A stretch of DNA of 32,000 nt from Candidatus Iainarchaeum sp. (GCA_037441475.1 JBBISB010000001.1:456418-488417), one strand, 5' to 3'; numbered from the stretch's first letter, positions 9,171-17,668 are shown. Notes: generated from the letters alone by a model not told the origin. Numbers and translations: made by a program.

Positions 9171-9738
9171 TATAGAATAAAGTTAATTTTTCAGAACCTT
9201 CTTTAGATTCTTTAAACCATTCAAAATTAGTTATTGTTTCTATAATCTTAATTAATGTATTTAAATAATTTTTATCACTAGCATTATTTTCAACAATATT
9301 ATTTACCTCTGTAAATAAACTTACTTCTTTATTATTTAAATTAATTATTTTATAATTATATATAAAATCTTCTAATATCTTAACAACATTACTGCTTTCT
9401 AAATCTATTTGATCAACAGTATACTTAACTTCCCATTCTCCTTTACTTTTCCAATTATGGGCTGGATTTATGCCTGTGTTAAAATAATCAATAATTTTAT
9501 TTTCATAACCTACAGGAATAACCACCGCATTTCTACCTGGTTTATAGTGCGGTATATCTGTTAAAATTCCTTTTCTTATATATAAATAAGGTTTATTGTC
9601 TTTTTTTGTAACATTCTGTTGATAACCATATATTGATCTAAATACTTTTTGATATAAATAAGAAGATCTATTTATATTATCTTTAAATATAAACTTATAT
9701 TTTATATATATCGCTTTTATTTTACTCAAGAGAGACAC
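9136..9738 (-). CDS. Orphan hypothetical protein, soluble, no recognisable family
   Basis: It is a 200-aa ORF with no TM segments and is convergent with 8552-9121. The first ~90 aa alternate strand-like and helix-like segments (IYIKYKFIF...YLYQKVFRSIYGYQQ...YLYIRKGIL...AVVIPVG). I cannot assign a function. Confidence 0.55.
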   Translation of the reverse strand: MSLLSKIKAIYIKYKFIFKDNINRSSYLYQKVFRSIYGYQQNVTKKDNKPYLYIRKGILTDIPHYKPGRNAVVIPVGYENKIIDYFNTGINPAHNWKSKGEWEVKYTVDQIDLESSNVVKILEDFIYNYKIINLNNKEVSLFTEVNNIVENNASDKNYLNTLIKIIETITNFEWFKESKEGSEKLTLFYSNYLKIKQKLQ

Positions 9739-9872
9739 CCTGTATTTCCTGTATTAATTTAATTTTATATAATAAAAAACTATTATGTATATTTATATAT
9801 AATATATATACGATTAACAATATAAATATATACTAAAAATAAGAAAAAATTATGCAAAAAAAGTAAATAAAT

Positions 9873-10238
9873 TTACTTTCTTGCTGAATATTTACTTTTA
9901 TAACCAATATACTTCTTTCTTATAGATGCATCTTTGCTTCTATTAGGATCCATTGGTTCTTCTACTACCATTTTTGGTTCAGAAGATCTTGTTACTGGAA
10001 CATTACCTGCATTAATTAAAATAATATCGTCAGCTGATAATACTTTATTATAAGGTATACTATGTTCTGTAATTATCTTCTTTGCCTCATGTTTTGAATT
10101 AACTTTTAAAGGTTGAGTTGTTATTGTTTCAATAACACCTTGTTCAATATTAACTATTAAATCATGAACTTTTCCTCTATATGTCGCATCTGTTTGGTAT
10201 ATATCCATACCGAATAACTTTGATATTCTTGTTGTCAT
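9873..10238 (-). CDS. PRC-barrel domain protein
   Basis: 121 aa. The N-terminal pattern (ISKLFGMDIYQTDATYRGKVHDLIVNIEQGVIETI) matches the small archaeal PRC-barrel family. The C-terminal tail is basic. A strong SD (GGAGG) lies 8 nt upstream of the ATG. Confidence 0.65.
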   Translation of the reverse strand: MTTRISKLFGMDIYQTDATYRGKVHDLIVNIEQGVIETITTQPLKVNSKHEAKKIITEHSIPYNKVLSADDIILINAGNVPVTRSSEPKMVVEEPMDPNRSKDASIRKKYIGYKSKYSARK

Positions 10239-10428
10239 GTTTAATTCCTCCGAAAATAAATATTAATTTTATATTATAGTGTTATACAAAAGATTTATAT
10301 ATCTTTTTATTTAATAAATATACTTTATGTTTACAATTTAGTTTATTTTCCAAAACGCCTTTTTTTCATTGAAATTTAAACTCTCTGCCCTCCTTTTATT
10401 ACAGGAAGTGTGGGGTCATGCTTCCAAC

Positions 10429-11265
10429 CTAAAGATTATCTAAGGGATTTTTAATGATTTTCAATTTATTTGTGTTTACTTTAGTGTATATTTGGGTAGT
10501 ATTTAGGTTAGCATGCCCTAAAAGCTGTTGTATATACCTTATATTTACATCATTTTCTAAAAGACTAGTTGCAAACGAGTGCCTTAGAGTGTGTGGCGAC
10601 ACTTTTTTAACAATCTCTGCTTTCCTTGCAGCTGTTTTTAAAAATTTTTGAACAGTATCAACAGAGAGCATTTTTCCTTCTCCATTACAAAACAAATAAT
10701 CACTTTCAATTTTTCTTTTACTTAAATAAACCTTATAATCTTCTATCCATCTTTTAGAAAGAATAATTATTCTATCTTTATTCCCTTTACCAGAAACAAC
10801 CTTTCCTGTACACTCATTAAAATCAAGAGAACTTATTTTCATAGACATACATTCAGATATCCTAACTCCAGTTGAAAAAATAAACTGTGTAATTAATTTA
10901 TTTCTAATATTTGTAATATTCTCTAAAAGTTCAATAATTTCTTTAGAGGTTAAGACAACAGGTATTTTTTTAGCTTTCTTTGGAAGCTTAATATTAATAT
11001 CTAAATCTTTTTTTAAAAAGTTTGTATAAAAATGTTTAATAGCAGAAAGAATTAAGTTCATTGTTGTGCTTTCAACTTTCTTTTCTGTTTTTAAGTACGA
11101 TAGATATTCAATAACATCATCACTTGTAACTTCTAAAAGATCTTTTTTTATAAACTTATAAAAAAGAGTAATATACATTGAGTATGTTTCTATGGTCTTA
11201 GGACTATACCCCTCTACGTTTAATTCGTTCTTAAATTTTGTTATAAGCTTAATATTTTCACTCAT
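10429..11265 (-). CDS. xerA: Tyrosine recombinase, XerA/XerC/D-like
   Basis: 278 aa. It has an N-terminal SAM-like core-binding domain (EGYSPKTIETYSMYITLFYKF). The catalytic residues are in canonical order: R (STGVRISE), K (GKGNKDR), HTLRHSFAT, LLGH and the Tyr nucleophile (TTQIYTKV). The size matches housekeeping archaeal XerA. Confidence 0.85.
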   Translation of the reverse strand: MSENIKLITKFKNELNVEGYSPKTIETYSMYITLFYKFIKKDLLEVTSDDVIEYLSYLKTEKKVESTTMNLILSAIKHFYTNFLKKDLDINIKLPKKAKKIPVVLTSKEIIELLENITNIRNKLITQFIFSTGVRISECMSMKISSLDFNECTGKVVSGKGNKDRIIILSKRWIEDYKVYLSKRKIESDYLFCNGEGKMLSVDTVQKFLKTAARKAEIVKKVSPHTLRHSFATSLLENDVNIRYIQQLLGHANLNTTQIYTKVNTNKLKIIKNPLDNL

Positions 11266-11331
11266 TTTTTATTCACAAATTTATTATGTTTAGTTGTAGT
11301 TTACATAAAATAAACCTATATAACCTTATCA

Positions 11332-11359
11332 AATAGATTGTTATGCAGAACAATATATA
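11332..11359. other. Candidate dif-like recombinase core site: 11-bp imperfect inverted arms around a 6-bp spacer
   Basis: The site is AATAGATTGTT-ATGCAG-AACAATATATA. The arms match at 9 of 11 positions when one is reverse-complemented. It lies about 70 bp upstream of the xerA start. Only the architecture resembles Xer sites. In DNA this AT-rich it could arise by chance. Confidence 0.2.
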
Positions 11360-11508
11360 TATCTTTTCCTCTCTTTTAAACATAACTTTCATTATCTAAA
11401 AAATATCTTTCATATATTTAGTAATTTAAACCAATCACCTTAAAAATAAAATCTACTATTATATTTGAATACTTTCCATTTTTTATAAAAATAAGGGGTT
11501 TATAAAAA

Positions 11509-12027
11509 ATGAGCTATGGTAAACTACAAATATATACTGGCGATGGAAAGGGTAAGACCACTGCTGCTATTGGTTTATCTGTAAGAGCTGCAGGAAGAGG
11601 AGCTAATGTTTATTTTGTTCAGTTTTTAAAAAAACAAAGAACAGGAGAGCAAAAGTCCTTACCTAAAATAGAAAATATTATCTTTAAAAGATTTGGCTTT
11701 AAGGAATTTATAATAAACAACAAAATATTAAAAGAACATGTAGAAACCACTAACAAAGCAATCAAGTATGTGGATTATATTTTAAAAAATAAAAAAATAG
11801 ATATTTTAGTTTTAGATGAATTGAATATTATTTTATACTACAACCTTATAACTTTAGAAAAAGTAAAAACAATAATTAATATATGTAAACAAAAAAATAT
11901 CGAAATAATAATCACAGGAAGAAAACCAAACAAAGAAATAATTTCTCTTGCAGACCTTGTAACTGAAATGAAAGAGATTAAGCATTATTTTAAGGACACA
12001 AGAGCAAGAAAAGGAATTGAATTTTAA
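11509..12027 (+). CDS. cobO: ATP:cob(I)alamin adenosyltransferase (CobA/CobO/BtuR family)
   Basis: 172 aa. The N-terminus has the family P-loop (GKLQIYTGDGKGKTTAAIGLSVRAAGRGANVYFVQFLKK...GE) and is followed by LVLDELN. An SD-like AAGGGG lies upstream. The gene sits immediately upstream of the AdoCbl-dependent RNR. Confidence 0.85.
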   Translation: MSYGKLQIYTGDGKGKTTAAIGLSVRAAGRGANVYFVQFLKKQRTGEQKSLPKIENIIFKRFGFKEFIINNKILKEHVETTNKAIKYVDYILKNKKIDILVLDELNIILYYNLITLEKVKTIINICKQKNIEIIITGRKPNKEIISLADLVTEMKEIKHYFKDTRARKGIEF

Positions 12028-12056
12028 TGTTTTTTTAAAAAAAGGGGTTTTAAATT

Positions 12057-14660
12057 ATGAATATGATTTTAAAAATTAAAAAAATTACACAAGTGAAAAA
12101 AAGAACTGGTGAAATTGTTGATTTTAATAAGCTTAAAATAGAAACTGCGATATTAAAGGCAACGAAGTCTGTCGACGAAGTTAATGAAGATTTATTAGAG
12201 ACACTGGTTGAAAAAGTAATTCTTGTTTTAGAATCAAAATTTATTAATAAGGTGCCTTCTGTTGAAGATGTTTCAGACACCATAGAGTATGTCTTGATAG
12301 CATCTGAACTTTCAAACGTTGCTAAATCATTTATTCTTTATAGAGAAGAAAAAAGAAAGCTAAGGGAAAGTAAAGAGGTTGTGGTTGATAATGAGATTGT
12401 TAAAAGTTTAAAAGAAAAAAAATTATCTTTAACAAAGCAAGCGGTCAATGTCTTAAACAACTCTGATATTTTTAAAGATCTTGGTTTAATAATTTTCTTA
12501 GACAGATACTCCTTAAAATCTAAAAGAGAAGAAATAGAAGTAGGAGATTTAATCATCACAATTTCTAAAGAAGACCCAAAATACCCTAAAAAAGATTTAG
12601 GTATTGTTAAAAACATAGCAAACAATAAACTATATCTTCATATGATAACTGGTGTTTATGCAGATGATTTTTATAACTTTGAGTTTGTCCAAGAAAAAAG
12701 CAAATGTGAAAAACCACAAGAATCTGTTTTTGATACCTATAAAAGAGTTGCAAAAGCAGTGGCTAAGGTTGAAAAAGATAATTTTTTAAAAAATAAATGG
12801 TTTGAAGAATTTTATGAACAATTAAAAAACAACCATATATCTCCTGGTGGAAGAATACTTTCTGGTGCTTCAGTTGATGACTTAGGGTACACCTCAAACC
12901 TTACTTTATACAATTGTTATGTTATCCCTTCTCCAAAGGACTCAAGAAAATCAATTATTAAAGAAGCTGCTCACTACATGGTTGAAATTTTTTCAAGAGG
13001 AGGGGGTGTTGGTATGGCATTATCAAGCCTAAGACCAGCATACGCTTATGTAAGAGGGGTTCATGGAAGATCCTCTGGTGCAGTTTCATGGGGTGGACTT
13101 TACTCTTTCTTAACAGGCCTTATAGAGCAAGGCGGTTCAAGAAGGGGTGCATTAATGTTAATGCTTGATGATTGGCACCCTGATGTTTATAATTTTATTG
13201 ACTCAAAAACCAAGTCAGGGGTTTTAGAACATGCAAACATCTCTGTCAAGGTATCAGATGCTTTAATGGAAGCTGTTAAGAATGATGATGACTGGTATTT
13301 AGAATTTCCAGATTATGAAAGCGCAACTCACTCAGAAGTATATGATCAAGAATGGGATGGAGATTTAAAGGGTTGGAAAGAAAAAGGATATCCTACAAAA
13401 GTATATGATAAAGTTAAGGCAAGAGATCTTTGGAAAAAAATAATTAATTCTGCGTGGAAATCAGCTGAACCAGGTGTTGTTTTCATGGAGAGATACAATA
13501 AAATGAGTAACAGTTATTATTATAACAAGATTGTTGCAACAAACCCTTGTGGCGAACAAGGCTTACCAGCATGGGGTGTTTGTAATCTTGGACACCTTTA
13601 CTTAGCCTCCTTTGCAGAAAAAATTGGTGAGGACGATGTTGGCCCAATCTATGAATTTAACTGGGCAAAACTTAAAAAATCTGCAAGAGTCTTAACAAGA
13701 TTTTTAGACAACATCATAGACTTAACACCTTACTTCTTTGAAGAAAATGAAAAGGTACAAAAGTCAGAGAGAAGGGTCGGCGGAGGAACATTAGGGCTTG
13801 CAGAATTATTAATAAAGTTAAGAATTGTTTACGGTTCTCCAGAGAGCCTAAAGTTTATTGATGAAATATACAAAACAATTACTTGTGAAATGTACAGTGC
13901 ATCCTCTCTTTTAGCTGAAGAAAAGGGTTTTTTCCCTAAGTTTGATAAGGAAAAATATCTTAACAGTAGGTTTGTAAGAGAACTTCCTTTAGAGGTTCAA
14001 GAAAAAATAAAAGAAAAGGGTATTAGAAATGTAACTTTAATAACTCAAGCGCCAACAGGCTCAACTGGAACAATGATAGGCACATCTACAGGAATCGAAC
14101 CGTATTTTGCTTTTAAATACTATAGACAATCAAGACTTGGCTTCCACGAGGTAAATGTTCCTTTAGCTGAAACATACTATAAAGATGGAAAATTACCTAA
14201 CTTCTTTATATCAGCAATGGAGTTATCTCCTGATGACCACATTAAGGTTCAAGCAGCTATCCAAAAATGGACTGACTCTTCTATAAGTAAGACAGCAAAT
14301 GTCCCTGCAAACTTCACTCTTGAACAAACAGAAGAGCTTTACCTTAAGGCCTATGATTTAGGTTGTAAGGGAGTAACAATATACAGAGACTCTTCAAGAG
14401 ACGAACAAGTTCTTTCAACTAATAAGGATCAAGAACAAAAAAACGAAGAATCTATAAAAAAGAAAATTGAGGAGAAAACAAAAAAAATAAATCCTCAAAA
14501 AGAAATTGTAAAAGAAGTAACTGAAAAAGATGTTGTTTATGGTTCTGATGCTGGTAACACCTGTCCTTCTTGTAAGAAAGGAAAAATGATTAAACTAAGC
14601 GGGTGTACAGAGTGTTCTGCCGGTTGTGGCTTTAAAGGTTCTTGCGACATGAAAACATAA
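12057..14660 (+). CDS. nrdJ: Class II (adenosylcobalamin-dependent) ribonucleotide reductase with an N-terminal ATP-cone and a C-terminal Cys-rich zinc-finger tail
   Basis: 867 aa. The ATP-cone is VKKRTGEIVDFNKLKIETAILKA...ILYREEKR. The catalytic core motifs are LYNCYV, SRGGGVGMALSSLRP, ATNPCGEQGLP and SISKTANVP...GCKGVTIYRDSSR. The C-terminal tail is CPSCKKGKMIKLSGCTECSAGCGFKGSC. No intein-like insertion is visible. Confidence 0.93.
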   Translation: MNMILKIKKITQVKKRTGEIVDFNKLKIETAILKATKSVDEVNEDLLETLVEKVILVLESKFINKVPSVEDVSDTIEYVLIASELSNVAKSFILYREEKRKLRESKEVVVDNEIVKSLKEKKLSLTKQAVNVLNNSDIFKDLGLIIFLDRYSLKSKREEIEVGDLIITISKEDPKYPKKDLGIVKNIANNKLYLHMITGVYADDFYNFEFVQEKSKCEKPQESVFDTYKRVAKAVAKVEKDNFLKNKWFEEFYEQLKNNHISPGGRILSGASVDDLGYTSNLTLYNCYVIPSPKDSRKSIIKEAAHYMVEIFSRGGGVGMALSSLRPAYAYVRGVHGRSSGAVSWGGLYSFLTGLIEQGGSRRGALMLMLDDWHPDVYNFIDSKTKSGVLEHANISVKVSDALMEAVKNDDDWYLEFPDYESATHSEVYDQEWDGDLKGWKEKGYPTKVYDKVKARDLWKKIINSAWKSAEPGVVFMERYNKMSNSYYYNKIVATNPCGEQGLPAWGVCNLGHLYLASFAEKIGEDDVGPIYEFNWAKLKKSARVLTRFLDNIIDLTPYFFEENEKVQKSERRVGGGTLGLAELLIKLRIVYGSPESLKFIDEIYKTITCEMYSASSLLAEEKGFFPKFDKEKYLNSRFVRELPLEVQEKIKEKGIRNVTLITQAPTGSTGTMIGTSTGIEPYFAFKYYRQSRLGFHEVNVPLAETYYKDGKLPNFFISAMELSPDDHIKVQAAIQKWTDSSISKTANVPANFTLEQTEELYLKAYDLGCKGVTIYRDSSRDEQVLSTNKDQEQKNEESIKKKIEEKTKKINPQKEIVKEVTEKDVVYGSDAGNTCPSCKKGKMIKLSGCTECSAGCGFKGSCDMKT

Positions 14661-14694
14661 GTTTCTTATTTAAGATAAAAGAGGTTTTTTAAAA

Positions 14695-15132
14695 ATGATA
14701 AATGTAAAGAGATTAACTGAAACTGCAAGGCTTCCTGAAAGAGCACATGATAACGACGCGGGGTATGACCTGTTTTCTGATGAATCAATGATTATTCCTG
14801 CGCAGGAAAGAAGAGTTATTAAAACAGGAATATCAGTTTCAATGACTTCTTTGGTATCAGATGTTTTTTCAAGTTACCTAAGGATAGCCCCTAGGTCTGG
14901 TCTTGCTGTTAAAAAAGGAATTAATGTTTTTGCAGGTGTTGTGGATATTAGTTATAGAGGAGAAATCATGGTTTGTTTATTTAATTCTTCAAAAGAGGAT
15001 TTTGAGGTTTTAAAAGGCGATAAGATAGCTCAAATGATACCAACTGTGATTGTTAAAGAAGATTTAAAAGAAGTAGGTTCTTTAGATGAAACAACAAGAG
15101 GAGACAAAGGTTTTGGATCTTCAGGAAGATAA
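14695..15132 (+). CDS. dut: dUTP diphosphatase (trimeric dUTPase)
   Basis: 145 aa with the five dUTPase motifs (AGYDLFS, PRSGLAVKKGI, GVVDISYRGEI, KIAQMI, RGDKGFGSSG). An SD-like AGAGG lies upstream. Confidence 0.92.
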   Translation: MINVKRLTETARLPERAHDNDAGYDLFSDESMIIPAQERRVIKTGISVSMTSLVSDVFSSYLRIAPRSGLAVKKGINVFAGVVDISYRGEIMVCLFNSSKEDFEVLKGDKIAQMIPTVIVKEDLKEVGSLDETTRGDKGFGSSGR

Positions 15133-15140
15133 TAACGCCA

Positions 15141-15482
15141 ATGATTATTTATGAAAAAATCAAAAGCCCAAAAAAAGCAGTTAAATCTATTTTAAATAAT
15201 AATAACGTCAGAAGAACTGCAAACAATAAAGCTGTTTCTTTTAAAAAATCATCTGAAATTAATAATAAAATAACTTTATTTAAAAATAATGAAAAAACAA
15301 TTTTTAATTTTTTAGAAGGTCGCACAAACAACCTTTCTTCTGAGTTAAAGGATTGCGCGAAAATATATTTTTTATTTAAATTAAAAAATGAACAAAACCC
15401 TATAAGGCACAAGCCAAATCAAGATGCGGTTATTAAAAATAATTATTTATTATATAAAAAATATTTAGATAAGTTAACTTAA
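15141..15482 (+). CDS. Possible small basic Asn/Lys-rich protein (doubtful)
   Basis: This 113-aa ORF fills the gap between dut and the 3' end of cdc48. It has no obvious SD and is low-complexity. A similar-length antisense ORF (15149..15412) exists, so coding status is uncertain. Confidence 0.25.
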   Translation: MIIYEKIKSPKKAVKSILNNNNVRRTANNKAVSFKKSSEINNKITLFKNNEKTIFNFLEGRTNNLSSELKDCAKIYFLFKLKNEQNPIRHKPNQDAVIKNNYLLYKKYLDKLT

Positions 15483-17668
15483 ATTACACCTTTTTCTAAA
15501 TTATTTTTTTGTTTTTTATCTTTATTTTTTTCTTTTGAAATATTCTTTATATCTTTAATTGCAGTTTTTAAATGTTTTTCAGTAATTAAAAGATTCTTTT
15601 CTTTTCCGAATATATTTTCTCTTAAAACCTGCATCCCTGCTTCTCTTACAATTGCCTCAATATCTGCTCCTGAACAGCCATCTGTCTCTTTTACAAGTTC
15701 CTTGAGGTTTATATTTTTATCGCAAGTCATTTGTTTAAGATACACTTCAAATATTTTTTCTCTTGATTTGTAATCTGGGAGAGGAATCTCTAACTTTAAA
15801 TCAAACCTTCCTGGTCTTAAGAAGGCAGGATCAATAATATCTATCCTGTTTGTTGCTCCAACAATAACAATATCCTTTAACTTTGAAACACCGTCCATTT
15901 CTGTTAACAGTTGTGAAACAATACTGTTGTTGTAATCTGAGTTGGAGTTTTCATTTTGTCTTTGCCCTGTAATTGCATCAATCTCATCAAAGAAAATTAT
16001 AGATGGTGCAAGTTGCCTTGCCTTCTTAAAAATATCTCTTATCTTCTTTTCACTATCCCCTTGAAGATTCTGTTTTATCTCTGATGTTTTTAAAGATATA
16101 AAATTAAATTGACTTTCATTAGCAATTGCCTTTGCAATTAAGGTTTTTCCTGTGCCTGGAGGCCCGTAAAGAATAACCCCTGCAGGTGGCGAGATGTTTA
16201 GTTCCTTAAACTTATCTGGATATTTCAAGGGCCATTCAATCATTTCCTTTAACTTTTGTTTTTGCTCATAAAGACCACCAATATCACCCCATGTGGTAGA
16301 TGGCACTTGTACTTGCACCTCTCTAAGTGCAGATGGCTCCACAACATTTAAAGCGTCCAAGAAATCTAGTTGTTTTATGATCAGTTGATCCATGATCTCT
16401 CTTGGTAGTTGTTTGTCATTAGTTTTATTAATGATCGGCATTAATCTCTTTATTGCCTTTAAAGCCGCCTCTTTACAAAGCGCAGAAATATCTGCTCCAG
16501 AAAAACCATTTGTCATCTCTACAATCTCATCAACATTTAAATCTTCAATAGGCATTCCTCTAGTATGTACTTGTAAAATTTCTTTTCTTGATTCCTTGTC
16601 AGGAACATTAATCTCAAGTTCTCTATCAAATCTTCCTGGTCTTCTTAAAGCCATGTCAATAGAGTCTGGCATGTTTGTGGCAGCAATAACAACAACCTGC
16701 CCTCTACTGTTAAGTCCATCCATTAAGGTTAATAGTTGAGCAAGTAAGGATTTATTAAAATCAGATGTATATGATTTATCTCTCTTTGGAGCAATTGCAT
16801 CAATCTCGTCAATAAAGATAATAGCTGGTGCGTTTTCTTCAGCATCCTTAAAAATATCTCTTAAGTTTTCTTCAGATTTTCCTATTTGAGCAGTAATTAT
16901 CTCTGGCCCATTAATTGTTATAAACTTGGCATCAGTTTCAGCAGCAACTGCTTTTGCTAAAAGAGTTTTTCCTGTTCCTGGTGGGCCATACAAAAGAACT
17001 CCTTTAGGTGGAGTTATCCCTAATTTTTTAAAAATCTCTGGTCTTTTAATAGGTAGTTCGACCATCTCTCTAATAGCTTCAATCTCTTTTTTAAGTCCAC
17101 CAATATCGTCATATGTCATTGAAGGGCTTTTTGCATCTTCTGCTTTTTCTGAAATAACTATTTTTGTTTTTTCAGTTATTCTTACAGCATTTTTAGGTAT
17201 GGTTTTATTAACTATTAGTTGTAGATCTCTATATCCTTCTTCAGTAAGTATAGGTATTCCAGGTATCTTAACAATATTTTTTTCAATAACATTAAGGCTT
17301 AATAGTTTTTCTTTAATTATGCTTTCAATATCTTTTGTAAAACTTATTTTTTTATTTTTTTCAATAATTGGTGCAAAGTTAATCATTTCACAAGCGGCAA
17401 CAGGTATTTTTTCAATAAAAACAGAATCGTCTATTGAAGCTCCTGCATTATACCTAACAACTCCATCAACCTTAATTTGATTTAAACCAGCATCTTTCTC
17501 TGTGCCTCTTGTTGCGTAAGCTAAGGCTTTTTTAGATCCTTCAATTAAGATAACGTCTCCTATGGATAGTTTCATTTTATCAAAGACAATAGGGTCTAGC
17601 TTAGCTATACCTTTTAAGGCATCCTTAATGTCTGTTTCTTTAACAGTTAAAATATTTTTTTCAACCAT
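15479..17668 (-). CDS. cdc48: Cdc48/VCP-type AAA+ ATPase (N domain plus D1 and D2)
   Basis: 729 aa. It has a Cdc48 N-domain (GDVILIEGSKKALAYA). There are two Walker A motifs (both GPPGTGKTL), two Walker B motifs (IIFIDEIDA, IIFFDEIDA) and two second-region-of-homology segments. Confidence 0.95.
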   Translation of the reverse strand: MVEKNILTVKETDIKDALKGIAKLDPIVFDKMKLSIGDVILIEGSKKALAYATRGTEKDAGLNQIKVDGVVRYNAGASIDDSVFIEKIPVAACEMINFAPIIEKNKKISFTKDIESIIKEKLLSLNVIEKNIVKIPGIPILTEEGYRDLQLIVNKTIPKNAVRITEKTKIVISEKAEDAKSPSMTYDDIGGLKKEIEAIREMVELPIKRPEIFKKLGITPPKGVLLYGPPGTGKTLLAKAVAAETDAKFITINGPEIITAQIGKSEENLRDIFKDAEENAPAIIFIDEIDAIAPKRDKSYTSDFNKSLLAQLLTLMDGLNSRGQVVVIAATNMPDSIDMALRRPGRFDRELEINVPDKESRKEILQVHTRGMPIEDLNVDEIVEMTNGFSGADISALCKEAALKAIKRLMPIINKTNDKQLPREIMDQLIIKQLDFLDALNVVEPSALREVQVQVPSTTWGDIGGLYEQKQKLKEMIEWPLKYPDKFKELNISPPAGVILYGPPGTGKTLIAKAIANESQFNFISLKTSEIKQNLQGDSEKKIRDIFKKARQLAPSIIFFDEIDAITGQRQNENSNSDYNNSIVSQLLTEMDGVSKLKDIVIVGATNRIDIIDPAFLRPGRFDLKLEIPLPDYKSREKIFEVYLKQMTCDKNINLKELVKETDGCSGADIEAIVREAGMQVLRENIFGKEKNLLITEKHLKTAIKDIKNISKEKNKDKKQKNNLEKGVI

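Noticed and set aside
9136-9738. The N-terminal ~90 aa of the orphan protein as a Cas2/VapD-like ferredoxin-fold nuclease (the YGYQQ segment resembles the YG..Q.SVF motif)
   Set aside because: The resemblance rests on a few residues. No catalytic Asp is visible at the end of strand 1 and there is no CRISPR or cas context. It cannot be supported without profile or structure searches.
10381-10428. A GC-richer patch with a GGAAG...CTTCC hairpin just downstream of the xerA stop, considered as a tRNA-derived att remnant or a terminator
   Set aside because: Similarity to the tRNA-iMet 3' half is limited to TAGGTT and ACCCC and lies on the opposite strand from what an att direct repeat requires. 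The 5-bp stem with a 12-nt loop and no following T-tract is weak as a terminator.
12057-14660. Inteins in nrdJ, and likewise in rfcS at 25475-26455
   Set aside because: Both proteins have normal lengths, with catalytic motifs contiguous and in the canonical order. No Cys/Ser...HN-Cys/Ser/Thr splice-junction blocks interrupt them.
16926-17480. Long antisense ORFs inside well-supported genes. Examples: 16926..17480 and 16392..16739 in cdc48; 21658..22119; 27540..27926 and 26604..26855 in the ATPase; 4989..5300 and 4268..4462 in mutS; 3496..3783; 12050..12283; 12338..12625; 23407..23691; 22723..22914; 20554..20769; 10454..10651; 7658..7855; 1611..1796; 28945..29160
   Set aside because: They are shadow ORFs on the strand opposite strongly conserved proteins. 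Their composition is Ser/Leu/Ile/Phe-rich and low-complexity, and they have no SD and no recognisable motifs.
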